Positions 23,201 through 40,100 of a DNA stretch of 64,000 bases are shown one piece after another (the first letter of the stretch is position 1; each line of letters starts with the position of its first letter). The notes beneath the pieces are model-generated. The model had not been told where the DNA came from. It made no database searches and saw nothing but the letters and a program-made list of their open reading frames with translations. The DNA lies in contig OZ024740.1 of NCBI GenBank assembly GCA_964016885.1, forward strand, positions 41,664,001-41,728,000, given 5' to 3'. The position numbers and the translations under genes were made by a program. The stretch comes from Eledone cirrhosa. Its lineage: Eukaryota.

Positions 23201-26200
23201 TAGACTGGTGCATGACACACCTATCCATAGACTGGTGCATGATACACCTGTCCATAGAATGGTGCATGACACACCTATCCATAGACTGGTGCATTACACA
23301 CCTGTCCATAGACTGGTGCATGACACACATATCCATAGACTGGTGCATGACACACCTGTCTATAGACTGGTGCATGATACACCTATCCATAGACTGGTGC
23401 ATGACACACCTGTCCATAGACTGGTGCATGACACACCTATCCGTAGACTGGTGCATGACACACCTGTCCAGAGACTGGTGCATGACACACCTGTCCATAG
23501 ACTGGTGCATTACACACCTGTCCATAGACTGGTGCATGACACACCTGTCCATAGACTGGTGCATGACACACCTGTCCATAGACTGGTGCATGACACACCT
23601 GTCCATAGACTGGTGCATGACACACCTGTCCATAGACTGGTGCATGACACATCTGTCCATAGACTGGTGCATTACACACCTGTCCATAGACTGGTGCATG
23701 ACACACCTGTCCATAGACTGGTGCATGACACACCTATCCATACACTGGGGCATGACACACCTATCCATAGACTGGTGCATGACACACCTCTCCATAGACT
23801 GGTGCATGACACACCTATCCATAGACTGGTGCATGACACACCTATCCATAGACTGGTGCATGACACACCTGTCCATAGACTGGTGCATGACACACCTGTC
23901 CATAGACTGGTGCATGACACACCTATCCATAGACTGGTGCATTTCACACCTATCCATAGACTGCTGCATGACACACCTATCCATAGACTGGTGCATGACA
24001 CACCTGTCCATAGACTGGCGCATGACACACCTATCCATAGACTGGTGCATGACACACCTGTCCATAGACTGGTGCATGACACACCTATCCATAGACTGGT
24101 GCATGACACACCTATCCATAGACTGGTGCATTTCACACCTATCCATAGACTGCTGCATGACACACCTGTCCATAGACTGGTGCATTACACACCTATCCGT
24201 AGACTGGTGCATGACACACCTGTCCATAGACTGGTGCATGACACACCTGTCCATAGACTGGTGCATGACACACCTGTCCATAGACTGGTGCATGACACAC
24301 CTATCCATACACTGGGGCATGACACACCTATCCATAGACTGGTGCATGACACACCTGTCCATACACTGGTGCATGACACCTATCCATAGACTGGTGCATG
24401 ACACACCTATCCATAGACTGGTGCATGATACACCTGTCCATAGAATGGTGCATGACACACCTGTCTATAGACTGGTGCATGACACACCTATCCATAGACT
24501 GGTGCATGATACACCTGTCCATAGACTGGTGCATGAGACACCTATCCATAGACTGGTGCATGACACACCTATCCATAGACTGGTGCATGACACACCTGTC
24601 CATAGACTGGTGCATGACACACCTGTCCATAGACTGGTGCATTACACACCTGTCCATAGACTGGTGCATGACACACCTGTCCATAGACTGGTGCATGACA
24701 CACCTGTCCATAGACTGGTGCATGACACACCTGTCTATAGACTGGTGCATTACACACCTGTCCATAGACTGGTGCATGACACACCTGTCTATAGACTGGT
24801 GCATGACACACCTATCCATAGACTGGTGCATGATACACCTGTCCATAGAATGGTGCATGACACACCTGTCCATAGACTGGTGCATGACACACCTGTCCAT
24901 AGACTGGTGCATGAGACACCTATCCATAGACTGGTGCATGACACACCTGTCTATAGACTGGTGCATGACACACCTGTCCATAGACTGGTGCATGACACAC
25001 CTCTCCATAGACTGGTGCATGACACACCTGTCTATAGACTGGTGCATTACACACCTGTCCATAGACTGGTGCATGACACACCTGTCTATAGACTGGTGCA
25101 TGACACACCTATCCATAGACTGGTGCATTACACACCTGTCCATAGACTGGTGCATGACACCCCTATCCATAGACTGGTGCATGACACACCTGTCCATAGA
25201 CTGGTGCATGACACACCTATCCATAGACTGGGGCATGACACACCTATCCATAGACTGGTGCATGACACACTTATCCATAGACTGGTGCATGACACACCTG
25301 TCCATAGACTGGTGCATGACACACCTATCCATAGACTGGGGCATGACACACCTATCCATAGACTGGTGCATGACACACTTATCCATAGACTGGTGCATGA
25401 CACACCTGTCCATACACTGGTGCATGACACACCTGTCCATAGACTGGTGCATGACACACCTGTCCATAGACTGGTGCATGACACACCTATCCATAGACTG
25501 GGGCATGACACACCTATCCATAGACTGGTGCATGACACACCTATCCATAGACTGGTGCATGACACACCTGTCCATAGACTGGTGCATGACACACCTGTCC
25601 ATAGACTGGTGCATGACACACCTGTCTATAGACTGGTGCATTACACACCTATCCATAGACTGGTGCATGACACACCTATCCATAGACTGGTGCATTACAC
25701 ATCTATCCATAGACTGGTGCATGACACACCTGTCCATAGACTGGTGCATGACACACCTATCCATAGACTGGGGCATGACACACCTATCCATAGACTGGTG
25801 CATGACACACCTATCCATACACTGGTGCATGACACACCTGTCCATAGACTGGTGCATGACACCCCTATCCATAGACTGGTGCATGACACACCTGTCCATA
25901 GACTGGTGCATGACACACCTATCCATAGACTGGGGCATGACACACCTATCCATAGACTGGTGCATGACACACCTATCCATAGACTGGTGCATGACACACC
26001 TGTCCATAGACTGCTGCATGACACACCTGTCCATAGACTGGTGCATGACACACCTATCCATAGACTGGTGCATGACACACCTATCCATAGACTGGTGCAT
26101 GACACACCTGTCCATAGACTGGTGCATTACACACCTGTCCATAGACTGGTGCATGACACACCTGTCTATAAACTGGTGCATGACACACCTATCCATAGAC

Positions 26201-29200
26201 TGGTGCATGACACACCTGTCCATAGACTGGTGCATGACACACCTATCCATAGACTGGTGCATTACACACCTGTCCATAGACTGGTGCATGACACACCTGT
26301 CTATAGACTGGTGCATGACACACCTGTCCATAGACTGGTGCATGATACACCTATCCATAGACTGGTGCATGACACACCTGTCCATAGACTGGGGCATGAC
26401 ACACCTATCCATAGACTGGTGCATGACACACCTGTCCATAGACTGGTGCATGACACACCTGTCCATACACTGGTGCATGACACACCTATCCATAGACTGG
26501 TGCATGACACACCTGTCCATAGACTGGTGCATGACACACCTATCCATAGACCGGTGCATGACACACCTATACATAGACTGGTGCATGACACACCTATCCA
26601 TAGACTGGTGCATGACACACCTATCCATAGACTGGTGCATGACACACCTGTCCATAGACTGGTGCATGACACACCTATCCATAGACTGGTGCATTACACA
26701 CCTGTCCATAGACTGGTGCATTACACACCTGTCCATAGACTGGTGCATGACACACCTGTCCATAGACTGGTGCATGACACACCTGTCCATAGACTGGTGC
26801 ATGACACACCTGTCCATAGACTGGTGCATTACACACCTGTCCATAGACTGGTGCATGACACACCTGTCTATAGACTGGTGCATTACACACCTGTCCATAG
26901 ACTGGTGCATGACACACCTGTCTATAAACTGGTGCATTACACACCTGTCCATAGACTGGTGCATGACACACCTGTCCATAGACTGGTGCATGACACACCT
27001 GTCCATAGACTGGTGCATGACACACCTATCCATAGACTGGTGCATGACACACCTCTCTATAGACTGGTGCATGACACACCTATCCATAGACTGGTGCATG
27101 ACACACCTATCCATAGACTGGTGCATGACACACCTGTCCATAGACTGGTGCATGACACACCTGTCCATAGACTGGTGCATGACACACCTGTCTATAGACT
27201 GGTGCATTACACACCTATCCATAGACTGGTGCATGACACACCTATCCATAGACTGGTGCATTACACATCTATCCATAGACTGGTGCATGACACACCTGTC
27301 CATAGACTGGTGCATGACACACCTATCCATAGACTGGGGCATGACACACCTATCCATAGACTGGTGCATGACACACCTATCCATACACTGGTGCATGACA
27401 CACCTGTCCATAGACTGGTGCATGACACCCCTATCCATAGACTGGTGCATGACACACCTGTCCATAGACTGGTGCATGACACACCTATCCATAGACTGGG
27501 GCATGACACACCTATCCATAGACTGGTGCATGACACACTTATCCATAGACTGGTGCATGACACACCTGTCCATACACTGGTGCATGACACACCTGTCCAT
27601 AGACTGGTGCATGACACACCTGTCCATAGACTGGTGCATGACACACCTATCCATAGACTGGGGCATGACACACCTATCCATAGACTGGTGCATGACACAC
27701 CTATCCATAGACTGGTGCATGACACACCTGTCCATAGACTGGTGCATGACACACCTGTCCATAGACTGGTGCATGACACACCTGTCTATAGACTGGTGCA
27801 TTACACACCTATCCATAGACTGGTGCATGACACACCTATCCATAGACTGGTGCATTACACATCTATCCATAGACTGGTGCATGACACACCTGTCCATAGA
27901 CTGGTGCATGACACACCTATCCATAGACTGGGGCATGACACACCTATCCATAGACTGGTGCATGACACACCTATCCATACACTGGTGCATGACACACCTG
28001 TCCATAGACTGGTGCATGACACCCCTATCCATAGACTGGTGCATGACACACCTGTCCATAGACTGGTGCATGACACACCTATCCATAGACTGGGGCATGA
28101 CACACCTATCCATAGACTGGTGCATGACACACCTATCCATAGACTGGTGCATGACACACCTGTCCATAGACTGCTGCATGACACACCTGTCCATAGACTG
28201 GTGCATGACACACCTATCCATAGACTGGTGCATGACACACCTATCCATAGACTGGTGCATGACACACCTGTCCATAGACTGGTGCATTACACACCTGTCC
28301 ATAGACTGGTGCATGACACACCTGTCTATAAACTGGTGCATGACACACCTATCCATAGACTGGTGCATGACACACCTGTCCATAGACTGGTGCATGACAC
28401 ACCTATCCATAGACTGGTGCATTACACACCTGTCCATAGACTGGTGCATGACACACCTGTCTATAGACTGGTGCATGACACACCTGTCCATAGACTGGTG
28501 CATGACACACCTGTCCAGAGACTGGTGCATGACACACCTGTCCATAGACTGGTGCATGACACACCTGTCCATAGACTGGTGCATGACACACCTGTCCAGA
28601 GACTGGTGCATGACACACCTGTCCATAGAGTGGTGCATGACACACCTGTACATAGACTGGTGCATGACACACCTGTCCATACACTGGTGCATGACACCTA
28701 TCCATAGACTGGTGCATGACACACCTATCCATAGACTGGTGCATGATACACCTGTCCATAGAATGGTGCATGACACACCTGTCTATAGACTGGTGCATGA
28801 CACACCTATCCATAGACTGGTGCATGATACACCTATCCATAGACTGGTGCATGACACACATATCCATAGACTGGTGCATGATACACCTGTCCATAGAATG
28901 GTGCATGACACACCTGTCTATAGACTGGTGCATGACACACCTATCCATAGACTGGTGCATGATACACCTGTCCATAGACTGGTGCATGACACACCTATCC
29001 ATAGACTGGTGCATGACACACCTGTCCATAAACTGGTGCATGACACACCTGTCCATAGACTGGTGCATGAGACACCTATCCATAGACTGGTGCATTACAC
29101 ACCTCTCCAGAGACTGGTGCATGACACACCTGTCCATAGACTGGTGCATGACACACCTCTCCATAGACTGGTGCATGACACACCTGTCTATAGACTGGTG

Positions 29201-31190
29201 CATTACACACCTGTCCATAGACTGGTGCATGACACACCTGTCTATAGACTGGTGCATGACACACCTATCCATAGACTGGTGCATGATACACCTGTCCATA
29301 GAATGGTGCATGACACACCTATCCATAGACTGGTGCATTACACACCTGTCCATAGACTGGTGCATGACACACATATCCATAGACTGGTGCATGACACACC
29401 TGTCTATAGACTGGTGCATGATACACCTATCCATAGACTGGTGCATGACACACCTGTCCATAGACTGGTGCATGACACACCTATCCGTAGACTGGTGCAT
29501 GACACACCTGTCCAGAGACTGGTGCATGACACACCTGTCCATAGACTGGTGCATTACACACCTGTCCATAGACTGGTGCATGACACACCTGTCCATAGAC
29601 TGGTGCATGACACACCTGTCCATAGACTGGTGCATGACACACCTGTCCATAGACTGGTGCATGACACACCTGTCCATAGACTGGTGCATGACACATCTGT
29701 CCATAGACTGGTGCATTACACACCTGTCCATAGACTGGTGCATGACACACCTGTCCATAGACTGGTGCATGACACACCTATCCATACACTGGGGCATGAC
29801 ACACCTATCCATAGACTGGTGCATGACACACCTCTCCATAGACTGGTGCATGACACACCTATCCATAGACTGGTGCATGACACACCTATCCATAGACTGG
29901 TGCATGACACACCTGTCCATAGACTGGTGCATGACACACCTGTCCATAGACTGGTGCATGACACACCTATCCATAGACTGGTGCATTTCACACCTATCCA
30001 TAGACTGCTGCATGACACACCTATCCATAGACTGGTGCATGACACACCTGTCCATAGACTGGCGCATGACACACCTATCCATAGACTGGTGCATGACACA
30101 CCTGTCCATAGACTGGTGCATGACACACCTATCCATAGACTGGTGCATGACACACCTATCCATAGACTGGTGCATTTCACACCTATCCATAGACTGCTGC
30201 ATGACACACCTGTCCATAGACTGGTGCATTACACACCTATCCGTAGACTGGTGCATGACACACCTGTCCATAGACTGGTGCATGACACACCTGTCCATAG
30301 ACTGGTGCATGACACACCTGTCCATAGACTGGTGCATGACACACCTATCCATACACTGGGGCATGACACACCTATCCATAGACTGGTGCATGACACACCT
30401 GTCCATACACTGGTGCATGACACCTATCCATAGACTGGTGCATGACACACCTATCCATAGACTGGTGCATGATACACCTGTCCATAGAATGGTGCATGAC
30501 ACACCTGTCTATAGACTGGTGCATGACACACCTATCCATAGACTGGTGCATGATACACCTGTCCATAGACTGGTGCATGAGACACCTATCCATAGACTGG
30601 TGCATGACACACCTATCCATAGACTGGTGCATGACACACCTGTCCATAGACTGGTGCATGACACACCTGTCCATAGACTGGTGCATTACACACCTGTCCA
30701 TAGACTGGTGCATGACACACCTGTCCATAGACTGGTGCATGACACACCTGTCCATAGACTGGTGCATGACACACCTGTCTATAGACTGGTGCATTACACA
30801 CCTGTCCATAGACTGGTGCATGACACACCTGTCTATAGACTGGTGCATGACACACCTATCCATAGACTGGTGCATGATACACCTGTCCATAGAATGGTGC
30901 ATGACACACCTGTCCATAGACTGGTGCATGACACACCTGTCCATAGACTGGTGCATGAGACACCTATCCATAGACTGGTGCATGACACACCTGTCTATAG
31001 ACTGGTGCATGACACACCTGTCCATAGACTGGTGCATGACACACCTCTCCATAGACTGGTGCATGACACACCTGTCTATAGACTGGTGCATTACACACCT
31101 GTCCATAGACTGGTGCATGACACACCTGTCTATAGACTGGTGCATGACACACCTATCCATAGACTGGTGCATTACACACCTGTCCATAGA
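20291..31190. repeat. Higher-order duplication in the satellite: 20291-25146 repeated at 26335-31190 (offset 6044 bp = 224 monomers)
   Basis: The variant order is shared; paired ORF-track entries differ by 6044 (e.g. 21217/27261, 22359/28403, 24920/30964). Confidence 0.92.
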
Positions 31191-34100
31191 CTGGTGCATG
31201 ACACACCTGTCTATAGACTGGTGCATGATACACCTATCCATAGACTGGTGCATGACACACCTGTCCATAGACTGGTGCATGACACACCTATCCGTAGACT
31301 GGTGCATGACACACCTGTCCATAGACTGGTGCATGACACATCTGTCCATAGACTGGTGCATGACACACCTATCCATAGACTGGTGCATGACACACCTGTC
31401 CATAGACTGGTGCATGACACACCTGTCCATAGACTGGTGCATGATACACCTGTCCATAGAATGGTGCATGACACACCTGTCCATAGACTGGTGCATGACA
31501 CACCTGTCCATAGACTGGTGCATGACACACCTGTCCATAGACTGGTGCATGATACACCTATCCATAGACTGGTGCATGATACACCTGTCCATAGAATGGT
31601 GCATGACACACCTGTCTATAGACTGGTGCATGACACACCTATCCATAGACTGGTGCATGACACACCTGTCCATAGACTGGTGCATGATACACCTGTCCAT
31701 AGAATGGTGCATGACACACCTGTCTATAGACTGGTGCATGACACACCTATCCATAGACTGGTGCATGACACACCTATCCATAGACTGGTGCATGATACAC
31801 CTGTCCATAGACTGGTGCATGAGACACCTATCCATAGACTGGTGCATGACACACCTATCCATAGACTGGTGCATGACAGACCTGTCCATAGACTGGTGCA
31901 TGACACACCTGTCCATAGACTGGTGCATGACACACCTATCCATAGACTGGTGCATGATACACCTGTCCATAGACTGGTGCATGAGACACCTATCCATAGA
32001 CTGGTGCATTACACACCTCTCCAGAGACTGGTGCATGACACACCTGTCTATAGACTGGTGCATGAGACACCTGTCCATAGACTGGTGCATGACACACCTG
32101 TCAATAGACTGGTGCATGAGACACCTGTCCATAGACTGGTGCATGACACACCTGTCCATAGACTGGTGCATGACACACCTATCCGTAGTCTGGTGCATGA
32201 CACACCTGTCCAGAGACTGGTGCATGACACACCTGTCCATAGACTGGTGCATGACACATCTGTCCATAGACTGGTGCATGACACACCTATCCATAGAGTG
32301 GTGCATGACACACCTGTCCATAGACTGGTGCATGACACACCTGTCCATAGACTGGTGCATGAGACACCTATCCATAGACTTGTGCATGACACACCTATCC
32401 ATAGACTGGTGCATGACACACCTGTCCATAGACTGGTGCATGACACACCTGTCCATAGACTGGTGCATGAGACACCCATCCATAGACTGGTGCATGACAC
32501 ACCTATCCATAGACTGGTGCATGACACACCTGTCCATAGACTGGTGCATGACACACCTATCCATAGACTGGTGCATGACACACCTATCCATAGACTGGTG
32601 CATGACACACCTGTCCATAGACTGGTGCATGACACACCTGTCCATAGACTGGTGCATGACACACCTATCCATAGACTGGTGCATTTCACACCTATCCATA
32701 GACTGCTGCATGACACACCTATCCATAGACTGGTGCATGACACACCTGTCCATAGACTGGTGCATGACACACCTATCCATAGACTGGTGCATGACACACC
32801 TATCCATAGACTGGTGCATGACACACCTGTCCATAGACTGGCGCATGACACACCTATCCATAGACTGGTGCATGACACACCTGTCCATAGACTGGTGCAT
32901 GACACACCTGTCCATAGACTGGTGCATGACACACCTATCCATAGACTGGTGCATGCCACACCTATCCATAGACTGGTGCATTTCACACCTATCCATAGAC
33001 TGGTGCATTACACACCTATCCGTAGACTGGTGCATGACACACCTGTCCATAGACTGGTGCATGACACACCTGTCCATAGACTGGTGCATGACACACCTGT
33101 CCATAGACTGGTGCATGACACACCTATCCATAGACTGGTGTAATACACACCTGTCCATACACTGGTGCATGACACACCTATCCATACACTGGTGCATGAC
33201 ACACCTGTCCATAGACTGGTGCATGACACACCTGTCCATAGACTGGTGCATGACACACCTGTCCATAGACTGGTGCATGACACACCTGTCCATACACTGG
33301 TGCATGACACACCTGTCCATAGACTGGTGCATGACACACCTGTCCATAGACTGGTGCATGACACACCTATCCATACACTGGGGCATGACACACCTATCCA
33401 TAGACTGGTGCATGACACACCTGTCCATACACTGGTGCATGACACCTATCCATAGACTGGTGCATGACACACCTATCCATAGACTGGTGCATGATACACC
33501 TGTCCATAGAATGGTGCATGACACACCTGTCTATAGACTGGTGCATGACACACCTATCCATAGACTGGTGCATGATACACCTGTCCATAGACTGGTGCAT
33601 GAGACACCTATCCATAGACTGGTGCATGACACACCTATCCATACACTGGTGCATGACACACCTGTCCATAGACTGGTGCATGACACACCTGTCCATAGAC
33701 TGGTGCATGAGACACCTATCCATAGACTGGTGCATTACACACCTCTCCAGAGACTGGTGCATGACACACCTGTCCATAGACTGGTGCATGACACACCTCT
33801 CCATAGACTGGTGCATGACACACCTGTCTATAGACTGGTGCATTACACACCTGTCCATAGACTGGTGCATGACACACCTGTCTATAGACTGGTGCATGAC
33901 ACACCTATCCATAGACTGGTGCATTACACACCTCTCCAGAGACTGGTGCATGACACACCTGTCCATAGACTGGTGCATGACACACCTCTCCATAGACTGG
34001 TGCATGACACACCTGTCTATAGACTGGTGCATTACACACCTGTCCATAGACTGGTGCATGACACACCTATCCATAGACTGGTGCATGACACACCTATCCA

Positions 34101-37100
34101 TAGACTGGTGCATGATACACCTGTCCATAGAATGGTGCATGACACACCTATCCATAGACTGGTGCATTACACACCTGTCCATAGACTGGTGCATGACACA
34201 CCTGTCTATAGACTGGTGCATGATACACCTATCCATAGACTGGTGCATGACACACCTGTCCATAGACTGGTGCATGACACACCTATCCGTAGACTGGTGC
34301 ATGACACACCTGTCCAGAAACTGGTGCATGACACACCTGTCCATAGACTAGTGCATGACACACCTATCCATAGACTGGTGCATGACACACCTATCCATAG
34401 ACTGGTGCATGATACACCTGTCCATAGAATGGTGCATGACACACCTATCCATAGACTGGTGCATTACACACCTGTCCATAGACTGGTGCATGACACACCT
34501 GTCTATAGACTGGTGCATGACACACCTATCCATAGACTGGTGCATGACACACCTGTCCATAGACTGGTGCATGACACACCTGTCCATAGACTGGTGCATT
34601 ACACACCTGTCCATAGACTGGTGCATGACACACCTGTCCATAGACTGGTGCATGACACACCTGTCCATAGACTGGTGCATGACACACCTGTCCATAGACT
34701 GGTGCATGACACACCTGTCCATAGACTGGTGCATGAAACACCTTTCCATAGACTGGTGCATGACACACCTATCCATAGACCGGTGCATGACACACCTGTC
34801 CATAGACTGGTGCATGACACACCTGTCCATAGACTGGCGCATGACACACCTATCCATAGACTGGTGCATGACACACCTGTCCATAGACTGGTGCATGACA
34901 CACCTGTCCAGAGACTGGTGCATGACACACCTATCCATAGACTGGTGCATGACACACCTGTCCATAGACTGGTGCATGACACACCTGTCCATAGACTGGT
35001 GCATGACACACCTGTCCATAGACTGGTGCATGACACACCTATCCATACACTGGTGCATGACACACCTGTCCATAGACCGGTGCATGACACACCTGTCCAT
35101 AGACTGGTGCATGACACACCTGTCCATAGACTGGCGCATGACACACCTATCCATAGACTGGTGCATGACACACCTGTCCATAGACTGGTGCATGACACAC
35201 CTGTCCAGAGACTGGTGCATGACACACCTGTCCATAGACTGGTGCATGACACACCTGTCCATAGACTGGTGCATGACACACCTATCCATACACTGGTGCA
35301 TGACACACCTGTCCATAGACTGGTGCATGACACACCTGTCCAGAGACTGGTGCATGACACACCTATCCATAGACTGGTGCATGACACACCTGTCCATAGA
35401 CTGGTGCATTACACACCTGTCCATAGACTGGTGCATGACACACCTGTCCAGAGACTGGTGCATGACACACCTATCCATAGACTGGTGCATGACACACCTG
35501 TCCAGAGACTGGTGCATGACACACCTGTCCATAGACTGGTGCATTACACACCTGTCCAGAGACTGGTGCATGAGACACCCATCCATAGACTGGTGCATGA
35601 CACACCTGTCCGAAGACTGGTGCATGACACACCTGTCCATAGACTGGTGCATGACACACCTATCCATAGACTGGTGCATGACACACCTATCCATAGACTG
35701 GTGCATGACACACCTGTCCATAGACTGGTGCATGACACACCTGTCCATAGACTGCAGCATGACACACCTATCCATAGACCGGTGCATGACACACCTATCC
35801 ATAGACTGGTGCATGACACACCTATCCATAGACTGGGGCATGACACACCTATCCATAGACTGGTGCATGACACACCTGTCCGTAGACTGGTGCATGACAC
35901 ACCTATCCATAGACTGGTGCATGACACACCTATCCATAGACTGGTGCATGACACACCTGTCCATAGACTGGTGCATGACACACCTGTCCGTAGACTGGTG
36001 CATGACACACCTGTCTATAGACTGGTGCATGACACACCTATCCATAGACTGGTGCATGACACACCTATCCATAGACTGGTGCATGACACACCTGTCCATA
36101 GACAGGTGCATGACACACCTGTCCATAGACTGGTGCATGACACCCCTGTCCGTAGACTGGTGCATGACACACCTGTCCATAGACTGGTGCATGACACACC
36201 TATCCATAGACTGGTGCATTACACACCTGTCCATAGACTGGTGCATGACACACCTGTCCGTAGACTGGTGCATGACACCCCTGTCCATAGACTGGTGCAT
36301 GACACACCTATCCATAGACTGGTGCATGACACACCTGTCCGTAGACTGGTGCATGTCACACCTATCCATAGACTGGTGCATTACACACCTATCCATAGAC
36401 TGCTGCATGACACACCTATCCCTAGACTGGTGCATGACACACCTGTCCATAGACTGGTGCATGACACACCTATCCGTAGACTGCTGCATGACACACCTAT
36501 CCATAGACTGGTGCATGACACACCTGTCCATAGACTGGTGCATTACACACCTGTCCATAGACTGGTGCATGACACACCTGTCCATAGACTGGTGCATGAC
36601 ACACCTGTCCATAGACTGGTGCATGACACACCTGTCCATAGACTGGTGCATTACACACCTGTCCATAGACTGGTGCATGACACACCTGTCCATAGACTGG
36701 TGCATGACACACCTATCCATACACTGGGGCATGACACACCTATCCATAGACTGGTGAATGACACACCTGTCCATAGACTGGTGCATGACACACCTATCCA
36801 TAGACTGGTGCATGACACACCTATCCATAGACTGGTGCATGACACACCTGTCCATAGACTGGTGCATGACACACCTGTCCATAGACTGGTGCATGACACA
36901 CCTATCCATAGACTGGTGCATTTCACACCTATCCATAGACTGCTGCATGACACACCTATCCATAGACTGGTGCATGACACACCTGTCCATAGACTGGTGC
37001 ATGACACACCTGTCCATAGACTGGTGCATGACACACCTATCCATAGACTGGTGCATGACACACCTATCCATAGACTGGTGCATTTCACACCTATCCATAG

Positions 37101-40100
37101 ACTGCTGCATGACACACCTTTCCATAGACTGGTGCATTACACACCTATCCGTAGACTGGTGCATGACACACCTGTCCATAGACTGGTGCATGACACACCT
37201 GTCCATAGACTGGTGCATGACACACCTGTCCATAGACTGGTGCATGACACACGTATCCATAGACTGGTGTAATACACACCTGTCCATACACTGGTGCATG
37301 ACACCCCTATCCATACACTGGTGCATGACACACCTGTCCATAGATTGGTGCATGACACACCTGTCCATAGACTGGTGCATGACACACCTGTCCATAGACT
37401 GGTGCATGACACACCTGTCCATACACTGGTGCATGACACACCTGTCCATAGACTGGTGCATGACACACCTGTCCATAGACTGGTACATGACACACCTGTC
37501 CATAGACTGGTGCATGACACACCTGTCCATAGACTGGTGCATGACACACCTGTCCATAGACTGGTGCATGACACACCTGTCCATACACTGGTGCATGACA
37601 CACCTGTCCATAGACTGGTGCATGACACACCTATCCATAGACTGGTGCATGACACACCTATCCATAGACTGGTGCATGACACACCTGTCCATAGACTGCT
37701 GCATGACACACCTGTCCATAGACTGGTGCATGACACACCTGTCCGTAGATTGGTGCATGACACACCTGTCCATAGACTGGTGCATGACACACCTGTCCAT
37801 AGACTGGGGCATGACACACCTGTCCATAGACTGGTGCATGACACACCTGTCCGTAGACTGGTGCATGACACACCTGTCCATAGACTGGTGCATGACACAC
37901 CTATCCATAGACTGGTGCATGACACACCTGTCCATAGACTGGTGCATGACACACCTATCCATAGACTGGTGCATGACACACCTGTCCATAGACTGGTGCA
38001 TGACACACCTGTCCATACACTGGTGCATGACACACCTGTCCATAGACTGGTGCATGACACACCTATCCATACACTGGGGCATGACACACCTATCCATAGA
38101 CTGGTGCATGACACACCTGTCCATAGACTGGTGCATGACACACCTGTCCATAGACTGGTGCATGACACACCTGTCCATAGACTGGTGCATGACACACCTG
38201 TCCATACACTGGTGCATGACACACCTGTCCATAGACTGGTGCATGACACACCTGTCCATAGACTGGTGCATGACACACCTATCCATACACTGGGGCATGA
38301 CACACCTATCCATAGACTGGTGCATGACACACCTGTCCATAGACTGGTGCATGACACACCTGTCCATAGACTGGTGCATTACACACCTGTCCATAGACTG
38401 GTGCATGACACACCTGTCCATAGAATGGTGCATTACACACCTATCCATAGACTGGTGCATGACACACCTGTCCATAGACTGGTGCATGACACACCTATCC
38501 CTACACTGGGGCATGACACACCTGTCCATAGACTGGTGCATGACACACCTATCCCTACACTGGGGCATGACACACCTGTCCATAGACTGGTGCATGACAC
38601 ACCTATCCCTACACTGGGGCATGACACACCTGTCCATAGACTGGTGCATGACACACCTATCCCTACACTGGGGCATGACACACCTGTCCATAGACTGGTG
38701 CATGACACACCTATCCCTACACTGGGGCATGACACACCTGTCCATAGACTGGTGCATGACACACCTATCCCTACACTGGGGCATGACACACCTATCCATA
38801 GACTGGTGCATTACACACCTGTCCATAGACTGGTGCATGACACACCTGTCCATAGAATGGTGCATTACACACCTATCCATAGACTGGTGCATGACACACC
38901 TATCCATAGACTGGTGCATGACACACCTGTCCATAGACTGGTGCATGACACACCTATCCGTAGACTGGTGCATGACACACCTATCCATACACTGGGGCAT
39001 GACACACCTATCCATAGACTGGTGCATGACACACCTGTCCATAGACTGGTGCATGACACACCTGTCCATAGACTGGTGCATGACACACCTATCCATAGAC
39101 TGGTGCATGACACACCTGTCCATAGACTGGTGCATTACACACCTGTCCATAGACTGGTGCATGACACACCTGTCTATAAACTGGTGCATTACACACCTGT
39201 CCATAGACTGGTGCATGACACACCTATCCATAGACTGGTGCATGACACACCTGTCCATTGACTGGTGCATGACACACCTGTCCATAGACTGGTGCATGAC
39301 ACACCTGTCTATAGACTGGTGCATGACACACCTATCCATAGACTGGTGCATGACACACCTATCCATAGACTGGTGCATGACACACCTGTCCATAGACTGG
39401 TGCATGACACACCTGTCTATAGACTGGTGCATGACACACCTGTCTATAGACTGGTGCATGACACACCTGTCCATTGACTGGTGCATGACACACCTGTCCA
39501 TAGACTGGTGCATGACACACCTGTCCATAGACTGGTGCATGACACACCTGTCTATAGACTGGTGCATGACACACCTATCCATAGACTGGTGCATGACACA
39601 CCTGTCCATAGACTGGTGCATGACACACCTGTCTATAGACTGGTGCATGACACACCTGTCCATAGACTGGTGCATGACACACCTATCCATAGACTGGTGC
39701 ATGACACACCTGTCCATAGACTGGTGCATGACACACCTGTCTATAGACTGGTGCATGACACACCTGCCAATAGACTGGTGCATGACACACCTATCCATAG
39801 ACTGGTGCATGACACACCTGTCCATAGACTGGTGCATGACACACCTGTCCATAGACTGGTGCATGACACACCTGTCCATAGACTGGTGCATGACACACCT
39901 ATCCATAGACTGGTGCATGACACACCTGTCCATAGACTGGTGCATTACACACCTGTCCATAGACTGGTGCATGACACACCTGTCTATAGACTGGTGCATG
40001 ACACACCTGTCCATAGACTGGTGCATGACACACCTGTCCATAGACTGGTGCATGACACACCTGTCTATAGACTGGTGCATGACACACCTATCCATAGACT

